DNA of 64,000 nucleotides from Myxococcales bacterium (GTDB lineage Bacteria; Myxococcota_A; Polyangia; Palsa-1104; JAEUJZ01): NCBI GenBank assembly GCA_016794365.1, contig JAEUKB010000053.1, positions 2,599 to 66,598 of the forward strand, read 5' to 3'. Shown piece by piece: positions 57,219 to 64,000 of this stretch (position 1 is its first letter; each line of letters starts with the position of its first letter). The notes under the pieces were generated by a model. It saw only the letters and a program-made list of their open reading frames with translations, ran no database searches and was not told where the DNA came from. The position numbers and the translations under genes were made by a program.

Positions 57219-57455
57219 TCGCGTGCCTTTGTACAGAGTACGTACACCTCGCCAAGGGAGACGCGATCCATGCTCCTCTTACAGAATCCAGAATGCACAA
57301 GGCTGGCTGTCATCGGAGCGCTCCTACGGACCTGAAGACCCGCTTCGTCATCATATCACGCCGAACGCAGACAAACGATCGGCCAAGTGCTTGGGAGTGC
57401 AGGCTTTTTCGGCTTGGGAGCGCGGAAGAACAGACACACACAGTCGGACGGTGCG

Positions 57456-58703
57456 CTACGTTCGATCACCTTCACGCTGTGCGAGGATCTTGTGCTGCGT
57501 GACATCCAGCGATCGGAGTCCGGGAAGCAGAAGGATCGCAGTGAGCGCACATCCTGATGCAAAGACAAACGGAATCCCAACCAGAGAAGACGTAGTGCTT
57601 CCGGTTGTCACCAGCGCAAACAGGTGTGTGTACAGCGGGGCTCCTACGATCGTTGCGAGGTTGCCAATGGCAATCAGGGTTCCTTGTCGTTCTCCCTGAA
57701 CGTCGGAAGGCGCATCCCGTGAAAGGAGTGCGCGTAACGCAGGCTCGATGATGGCGGAAGGACACGCTGCGACAAGGAGTGCATACATCATCCAGCCTTG
57801 CGTCGCGAACGCGAATCCCAAAAAGCCCGCAAGACCGAATGTACAGCCAATGAACAGAGCGATGCGCTCTCCGAAACGCGCGGCCAGGATGCGAACCAGA
57901 TAGCCCTGGGAAAAGGCAATCAGGACTCCGATGAGCGACATCGATGCACCGATGGCAGCGGGGGACCAAGCAAAGCGGGTCCGGGTGTAGACGGCCCAGA
58001 CACTGGAATACACCTGGAAGCCCAAGCTGACGACAAAGTGCAGCAGGAACAGCCTACGAAGCGGCGATGGCTGCCAGATCTGATGAAGGAATCGAAACGG
58101 AATCAGCTGTGACAGAGAAACCTTGCGACGAGAGGAAGAGGGCAAAGACTCCGGTAAGAGCAAGTAACACAGCACGACGTTCAGCAGGTTGAGCAAAAGC
58201 GCAGCCATGCTGGGAACGATGACTCCGAAGCGACTGAGCGCACCGCCGATTCCGGGGCCTGCGATGAAGCCGACTCCGAACGCGGCTCCGGCGAGTCCGA
58301 AGCGTGCTGCGCGCTCGGAATCCGTTGAGACATCCGCGATATAGGAAGTGGCGACGGTTACGTTGGCTTCCGTCAATCCAGACACCACACGTCCGAAGAA
58401 CAACCAAAACAGGCTGGGAGCGATTCCCATCATCAGGTAGCTACAGCTTGCGCCGAGCAAAGACAGCAGCAGCACGGGCCGTCGTCCATAGCGATCCGAG
58501 AGCGATCCGAGAGCAGCAGAGGCAAGCAGCTGCATCAGCGAGTGAACAGAGAGAAAGTAGCCAAGGTTGTGATGGACAAACGCTGGGCTTGCGTTCAGTC
58601 GCGCAAGGATGTCGGGAAAGACCGGAACCAGGATTCCGATTCCGAGCGCATCCAAGAACAGCGTTGCGCAGATCAGACCGATGGCTGTCCGATGGGTGAG
58701 CAT
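57456..58703 (-). CDS. MFS transporter (TetA/TCR-like efflux type)
   Basis: Twelve TM helices, LFLDALGIGILVPVFPDIL, and the MFS motif GSLSDRYGRRPVLL. Confidence 0.85.
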   Translation of the reverse strand: MLTHRTAIGLICATLFLDALGIGILVPVFPDILARLNASPAFVHHNLGYFLSVHSLMQLLASAALGSLSDRYGRRPVLLLSLLGASCSYLMMGIAPSLFWLFFGRVVSGLTEANVTVATSYIADVSTDSERAARFGLAGAAFGVGFIAGPGIGGALSRFGVIVPSMAALLLNLLNVVLCYLLLPESLPSSSRRKVSLSQLIPFRFLHQIWQPSPLRRLFLLHFVVSLGFQVYSSVWAVYTRTRFAWSPAAIGASMSLIGVLIAFSQGYLVRILAARFGERIALFIGCTFGLAGFLGFAFATQGWMMYALLVAACPSAIIEPALRALLSRDAPSDVQGERQGTLIAIGNLATIVGAPLYTHLFALVTTGSTTSSLVGIPFVFASGCALTAILLLPGLRSLDVTQHKILAQREGDRT

Positions 58704-58829
58704 GGGTCAACGTATCGCGAGCGCAGAGTGCAGAGTCCGGAGTATGGTACTGCGGCTGTGCGCGCTTGGGCAGTCACTGAGCCACCGCGCCGATCCTCCG
58801 GACGCGGCAGCCTTGCTCATCCAGTCGCG

Positions 58830-60134
58830 TCAGTTCGTACGAGGCTCCACTGCCCCTGGCATACATGGCTTGCCCGGAGCCGGTATCCGCGAGTTCCCAA
58901 AATAGTCTCTGGGAATCTTATTACAATAGTCCAGATCCGACTTCGGCCGAAACAAATCATCCCACATTCCATTGGGACTGATCTGCGTCTGAACTCCTGA
59001 TGGCTCTGGCCATTTGTTTCCGGTCCACTTGATTCCCAGTCCAGAATCCAGTGCCTTCGCAGAAGTTCCACATGTTTCCATAATGAGAACTGCGTCATAA
59101 GTAGTAGATGCCAGCATGCTTGGTAGCTGCGTTTTGCTCAAACCAAGCGGACACGAAAAGTAAATCGCATAGTTTGCAGAACTATTAACATAAGCATCGG
59201 CAAAAAAGTTCACAAACAGAGAGTTTTTCGACACAAAACTACCTATTTTAGTAGCTCCAGTTTCTCCAAAATGAAACGCAGCAGCAGAGTAATTAGAAGC
59301 CTTTGAAAGGTTGGTATTCTGAAGGACTGTTGAATGAGCCACTTCGGCAGATCCATTATATAAATAGACCGCTGCGCCTTTGGCTTCTCCGGTTCCACCT
59401 TCGTGATTCGCTAAGTTATCATAAATGACTGAATTTTCCAATTTTATGATACGATTTCCAATACAAATCGCACCACCAGCAGCGATGATCTCATGCCTCG
59501 CTTCATTCTTTGTTAGCAGAACATTTATCAATCGCAGATCACCGCCAGAGACAATGGAACCACCGCAAGCCATGTTCAGTCCCTGGCTGGTAGGCAGCAG
59601 CATCGGCCAGCTTGCCCCCGACGGAGTTCCACGGGCCAGACCATTCTTCAGCGTCAGGTTTTGAAGCACCAGAGAGCCTTGTGTAGTGACCAAAAAGTGC
59701 CGATTCAGCCCATTCGCATTGAGAGAGCTACCGTTGCCATCGATGGTGACGTTTTTATAAACAATCGGCAGTGCAGACTCTTCACCGAGCGCAGCGCCAG
59801 AAGCCAAGCTCCGCACCGGCAGTTCGCGTGGCTCTGGACAACCAATTAGAATGCGAGGACTGACAATGTTTTGTTGCTGAGCTTTCTCAATTGTCCGATA
59901 TATATTGTCACCAGAAAGCTCTGAGTTATTTACAAAACAACACGTTGTAAATGTATCGCCATTCTGAACATATGGCGTATCAATTGTACAACCAGAAGTC
60001 ACAGATGCATCAGCGCCAGTTCCAGCATCTGACGGAGTTCCAGCGGCATCAAGATTGATGACTTGATATGAATTCCAGAAGTCTGCGCAGCCGGATAGAA
60101 TAAACAACGAGGCCAAGGCCATCTGCTTAAGCAT
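58830..60134 (-). CDS. Lipoprotein with right-handed beta-helix / polymorphic-membrane-protein-like repeats
   Basis: RBS AAGGAG before the ATG at 60134. Lipobox LFILSGC. Repeats of the type CGGSIVSGGDLRLINVLLTKN, GGAICIGNRIIKLENSVIYDN and GAAVYLYNGSAEVAHSTVLQN. Clearly AT-richer than the upstream genes. Confidence 0.75.
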   Translation of the reverse strand: MLKQMALASLFILSGCADFWNSYQVINLDAAGTPSDAGTGADASVTSGCTIDTPYVQNGDTFTTCCFVNNSELSGDNIYRTIEKAQQQNIVSPRILIGCPEPRELPVRSLASGAALGEESALPIVYKNVTIDGNGSSLNANGLNRHFLVTTQGSLVLQNLTLKNGLARGTPSGASWPMLLPTSQGLNMACGGSIVSGGDLRLINVLLTKNEARHEIIAAGGAICIGNRIIKLENSVIYDNLANHEGGTGEAKGAAVYLYNGSAEVAHSTVLQNTNLSKASNYSAAAFHFGETGATKIGSFVSKNSLFVNFFADAYVNSSANYAIYFSCPLGLSKTQLPSMLASTTYDAVLIMETCGTSAKALDSGLGIKWTGNKWPEPSGVQTQISPNGMWDDLFRPKSDLDYCNKIPRDYFGNSRIPAPGKPCMPGAVEPRTN

Positions 60135-60175
60135 GGTCGTCTCCTTGGAGTAAGAAATATCCGTCGCCAACTACA

Positions 60176-61774
60176 TTAAGGCGGCAGATATTTAAATAAT
60201 ATTCGTAGCAAATCGCTCTGCTGCTTAGGACCGGGAATTGCAATCAGCGCACCACCAGCCAGGCCAACCAAGACGCCCGATGCGACAAGGCCATTGCCAA
60301 TCGACGAGCTGTCTCGGTAATACGATGTGCCATCGGTTCCCGTACAGGGACTGCTCAGTGAACAGCTATTGGATGCACTGATTGCGCTTACGCCAAAGCC
60401 CAGCAGCACCAGGCCACCCGCGATCGTCGCTCCGCCCGCCAGCCAGCGCCAAAACGGACGCGGATGATCGATGGTGCGCGGCGTAAACTGAATGTCAAAG
60501 CGCGATGGTGGCGGCGGCGGCGGCAGCGTCACACCCGGCTGTAGAACGACCTCCAGCTCGCTGGTCTTGCCGTCTTTGACTTCCGTCTTGGCACTCTCGG
60601 GCGCAAACCCAGGCTTGCGGAACGTCAGATCGTAGCGACCCACCCACGCCGCGCGCGAAAACGGTGTCTTGCCAAGCAGCCGATCGCCCGCGTATACCTC
60701 GGCACCGTCGGGATTTGAGCGCACGCTCAGCGTTCCGCGCCGACGCAGGCTGGCATCCCCGATGATCTGCGACAGCATCTCGGTCATTGCCGTCGCTGCA
60801 CGCTCGGGAGGAAGCTCACGGCTGGCTTGACCTGCGATCGCACCCACCGTCGGGTCAAGGAGCTGTAGCGTCAGCTTATACGACGGAGCACCACCCGTTC
60901 GCGCCGTGGTGTTTTCCACCGTCAGACGAATCAGACCATCGACCTCGGTCTTTTCCGCCAGCTTGGCCTGACAGTCGAGCTGATCCAGACAGCCCGACAG
61001 CTCCGGCGCAGACTTGAGCGCGACCTCTTTGCGCAGCACCGACTTCTTTTCGCCTTGCACGCCCAGCTCGATCGCTTCGTCCAGCTTCACCGTCGAGGGC
61101 TGCGGCACATCGGTATATTCCGTCAGCACCACATACGCGGGCAGCAGCGTCAGCAGCGTCGATCGCGTCGCACGGTTGATGCGCAGCTCGGCAAAGCGCC
61201 CCGCCGACATCGTCACCTGCGCGGGAATCTGCTGCTCGGGAAACTCCAGTGAGATCGTGTGCGCATCGCTCGGCGAGATAAGCAGCGGCTGCACCAGCGG
61301 CAGCGAGCCCACCACCCGACCATCGACCCGCACAATTGCGCCATCGTCTCCAAGCACCAGCACTTTTCCGCTCGGTGGACGCTGCTTCGACAGCAGGCGC
61401 AAAAGCTCGGCCTTCATCTCTGCGTCGGGAGCACTCGCCGGATCCGACTCATAGCGACGCAGCAGATCGTGCGCATCGAGCAGCCGACCTTCGCGCGACG
61501 CCACCACACCCAAGTGATACAAGATGTTCGGCGACGGCCACTTGATGTACGCGTCGGTCAGGAGCCGCTGCGCTTCGACCAGGTTCTGTTCCCCGAGCGC
61601 CTTTTGTGCGTCTTTGACAAGCTGCGTCGAGACTTCCTGATCCGCCTGGCTGCGCTTGTGAAGCTGCGGACCCGGACTGCGCGTCCTCGCCATCGACTCG
61701 GGACTGACGAGCGAAGCCACAAGCCACAGCGACACCGCCGCCCGACCACGACTGCGAAGGATGGGCCGACTCAC
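60176..61774 (-). CDS. TPR + PEGA-domain envelope protein with a C-terminal TM anchor
   Basis: Signal-like N-terminus, a TPR-like helix pair, PEGA module GTLSVRSNPDGAEVYAGDRLLGKTPF...YDLTFRKPGF, a PPPPP spacer, and TM WLAGGATIAGGLVLLGFGVSAI. Confidence 0.8.
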   Translation of the reverse strand: MSRPILRSRGRAAVSLWLVASLVSPESMARTRSPGPQLHKRSQADQEVSTQLVKDAQKALGEQNLVEAQRLLTDAYIKWPSPNILYHLGVVASREGRLLDAHDLLRRYESDPASAPDAEMKAELLRLLSKQRPPSGKVLVLGDDGAIVRVDGRVVGSLPLVQPLLISPSDAHTISLEFPEQQIPAQVTMSAGRFAELRINRATRSTLLTLLPAYVVLTEYTDVPQPSTVKLDEAIELGVQGEKKSVLRKEVALKSAPELSGCLDQLDCQAKLAEKTEVDGLIRLTVENTTARTGGAPSYKLTLQLLDPTVGAIAGQASRELPPERAATAMTEMLSQIIGDASLRRRGTLSVRSNPDGAEVYAGDRLLGKTPFSRAAWVGRYDLTFRKPGFAPESAKTEVKDGKTSELEVVLQPGVTLPPPPPPSRFDIQFTPRTIDHPRPFWRWLAGGATIAGGLVLLGFGVSAISASNSCSLSSPCTGTDGTSYYRDSSSIGNGLVASGVLVGLAGGALIAIPGPKQQSDLLRILFKYLPP

Positions 61775-64000
61775 TACGGACCTCCGTCGCAGCTTCCCAC
61801 TTCACGCTGATCGCCCGCGCGCAGATCGACGGAATAGCTCTTCCCCTGTGCATCGCGGACTTGGTGCTTTGCAGGAATCATCCAGTACACCTTGCTCTGG
61901 CAGCGCCCATTGACGAGCGACTTGACGATCACCTGTCCCAACCGACCACGCAGCCGTCCCGTCGTCTCGATCAACTGGTTCTTGAGGTCCGTTCGACCTT
62001 TCACTTTTTCGCCCTGCTCCAGCGCTTTTTGGTACGCGTCCATCGCAAGGTGCCAGTCTTTGGCGCTCTCGTGCATCCGTCCCAGGTGATACGACGCATC
62101 GAACACAATCGAGTAACACGGTCCGTCGTGGCTGTGCTTGCGATCCTTTTGACAGGTCGCGCGCGCCCGATCGAGGTTCGTCAGCGCCTTCTTGCTGTCG
62201 CCGCTCTTGGCTGCCGCGATGCCGATGCGCAAAAACTTTTCCGCTGGAGACTCGACCAGCTCAATCTTCGCGGGCTCGCCTCCGACCGAGATCGTCACTT
62301 CCTGCTCACTGCTCAGCGTCGATACCGTGTGTTTTCCCACCGACAGCTCGACGGTCGTAGGCGCTTGCTGCCACGGTCGCTTGCCCACTTGGAACAGCAC
62401 CGGACCTTGCGCGCTGACCATCAGCTTGCCCATCGCAGCATCGGGCGACGGCTCTGTGTCTACGGAATTTCCGCTCTTGGGTGGCTCCGTCTGAAACACC
62501 GCACGCCGAGGAGGCAGCGTCGGTTCCACAATCAGTGCATCTTCCGGCGTCAAAAGCCGCGCGAGCAGCGACCGCGCCAGCGTCCACACCATCGCATCGC
62601 GATCTTGGCTCAGGTCCCGCAGCAGCGCCACGCCGTAAAAGCCCTTCGGACCGCTCGGCAGCGCCGCCGCAGACTCCGCCACAGCACGACGAACATCGAC
62701 ACTTGGGTCCGCCGCCGCGCGACGCAAAAGATCCAGCGCCAGCTTCGGATCGACGTGACGCAGCGCCGTCACCGCTGCCACCCGCTCTTCAACCGACTGA
62801 CTTCGCAGCAGCCGCAGCAGATCCGGCGGAACCTGCTCTGACACCCCGACGCGACGCAGCAGCCCAGCCGCCATCAGGCCATCGACGCCACCGACCGCAA
62901 AGAACGCCTTCAGAACCGGAATCGCGCGCTTGTCTCCCGCCGTCGCCAAGATCCGCGCCGCGTGCAGTCGCACCGAGTCCGTTCCGTCGTTCAAAAACTC
63001 CACCACAAACTCACGATCGCCCGCCAGCACATCGAGCAGCAGGTGACGAATCGCCGGATCGTGCTGCGTCTTTTGCGCTTTGAGCCGCTCCAGCTGCTTG
63101 CGATCACCCAGCCGCCACAGCACCGCCGACGCAATCGCTTGCTCTAGCTGGGAACCGCGACGCAGGATCTCTTGCAGCACACCCTCAGCAGGCTGAAGCA
63201 GACCACTTGCGTCCCGCTTCGACAGCCGCTGCGCCAGCTCCAGCAGCGCCAGCAGCGCGGTGTTGCGCACCTTTTCACTGCCGTCCGACACGCTCTCCAG
63301 AAGCACCGTCATCGCCGTCCGCTCATTGCGTCGTCCCAGCGACAGCGCCGCCGCCAGCCGCACTTCCACCGAGCCATCCTGCATCGCCCCCGCGAGCAGC
63401 GGCACCGCTTGACTCGACGGCAGATCACCCAGCACTTGCAGCGCGGCCAGCCGACGCTTCGACGAACCCGAGCCCAGCTCGACCTTGGCCCAGCTCAGGC
63501 TTGCCGTCGTCAAAAGACCCGGATCGCCGCTCGCCAGCCGCAAGATCGCCGCCGCCGCCGACTGACGAACCTGCGCCACCACCTTCGCATCCAGAAGCGG
63601 ACCGAGCAGCTTCACCTGCGGCAGATCACCACTTTTGCCAACGCCTTCCGCCGCAAGCTGTCGTCCCGCCGGAACGCCAAACTCGTTTTCGACAATCGGA
63701 CGAAACACCGACAGAAGCTGCGGCTCTTCCGGGCTCGACAAGCGATTGGCCGCCAGCAGCTGCTCTTGCCCGCGCTTTTCCGCCAAGCTGCGCAGCTCTT
63801 TGAGCGCGACCTCATCACCCAGCTCCGACAGACGAAACAGCGCTTCCAGCTTCTGCTTGCGGCTCTGACCCGAGTCCTTCTTCGCCAGCAGCTCTGCCCG
63901 CGCCGCTTCCTCGCCCAGCCTCGCCAGACACTGGAGCGCCGAGAAGTCTTCATCGTCCCGCAGCCCGTTTTGGTTGTGCAGGCTGCTCAGGATCGGCTTG
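61774..64000 (-). CDS. HEAT-repeat protein, 5'-truncated at the window end
   Basis: My manual translation shows the frame stays open upstream of the track start (TTG at 63786) to nt 64000 (...LQCLARLGEEAARAELLAKKDSGQSRKQKLEALFRLSELGDEVALKELRSLAEKRGQ...). Repeated HEAT/PBS-lyase-like units (VRLAAALSLG, VRLHAARILATAGDKRAIPVL, ERVAAVTALRH). Confidence 0.8.
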   Translation of the reverse strand, partial: KPILSSLHNQNGLRDDEDFSALQCLARLGEEAARAELLAKKDSGQSRKQKLEALFRLSELGDEVALKELRSLAEKRGQEQLLAANRLSSPEEPQLLSVFRPIVENEFGVPAGRQLAAEGVGKSGDLPQVKLLGPLLDAKVVAQVRQSAAAAILRLASGDPGLLTTASLSWAKVELGSGSSKRRLAALQVLGDLPSSQAVPLLAGAMQDGSVEVRLAAALSLGRRNERTAMTVLLESVSDGSEKVRNTALLALLELAQRLSKRDASGLLQPAEGVLQEILRRGSQLEQAIASAVLWRLGDRKQLERLKAQKTQHDPAIRHLLLDVLAGDREFVVEFLNDGTDSVRLHAARILATAGDKRAIPVLKAFFAVGGVDGLMAAGLLRRVGVSEQVPPDLLRLLRSQSVEERVAAVTALRHVDPKLALDLLRRAAADPSVDVRRAVAESAAALPSGPKGFYGVALLRDLSQDRDAMVWTLARSLLARLLTPEDALIVEPTLPPRRAVFQTEPPKSGNSVDTEPSPDAAMGKLMVSAQGPVLFQVGKRPWQQAPTTVELSVGKHTVSTLSSEQEVTISVGGEPAKIELVESPAEKFLRIGIAAAKSGDSKKALTNLDRARATCQKDRKHSHDGPCYSIVFDASYHLGRMHESAKDWHLAMDAYQKALEQGEKVKGRTDLKNQLIETTGRLRGRLGQVIVKSLVNGRCQSKVYWMIPAKHQVRDAQGKSYSVDLRAGDQREVGSCDGGP

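Overview
Dense, mostly housekeeping chromosomal segment from a high-G+C Gram-negative bacterium. The gene content (many lipobox lipoproteins, PEGA and HEAT-repeat envelope proteins, an FGE-sulfatase domain protein, a PAS histidine kinase with an EAL response regulator) looks Myxococcota/deltaproteobacteria-like, but that is inference only. I call about 50 protein genes. They include a 5'-truncated M16 peptidase, cmk, a CPA2 antiporter, a halogenase-like flavoprotein, glk, a c-type cytochrome plus rubredoxin, and a six-gene nucleoside catabolism cluster (deoC-deoB-deoA-punA-cdd-deaminase). Also present are era-der, moaC, mog, gdh, rsmB, rnz, a multicopper oxidase with a cytochrome c'-like lipoprotein, a TonB-dependent receptor, chrA, a GT28 glycosyltransferase and GMC/Gfo oxidoreductases. 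No tRNA, rRNA, CRISPR, IS element, integrase or prophage genes were recognised by eye. The unusual content is mostly non-coding. (1) Three copies of a ~124-nt element with a conserved core, enclosed by long stems that differ in sequence but stay complementary; each copy abuts a stop codon. (2) A family of 43-bp tandem repeats with a palindromic GGGTCTT(G/C)ACCC core: two arrays of 7-8 units plus solo units. (3) A perfectly phased array of twenty 11-bp iterons, each containing a GANTC site. (4) A recurrent TTTTCCGTCGG palindrome. The 11-bp array borders an AT-richer islet that encodes an orphan 421-aa helical protein with two Gly/Ala-zipper hydrophobic hairpins, a candidate pore-forming or membrane-inserting effector. 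A second compositionally atypical gene, a beta-helix lipoprotein, ends a HEAT/PEGA envelope operon that runs off the window end. All functional calls rest on motif recognition by eye; no database search was run.
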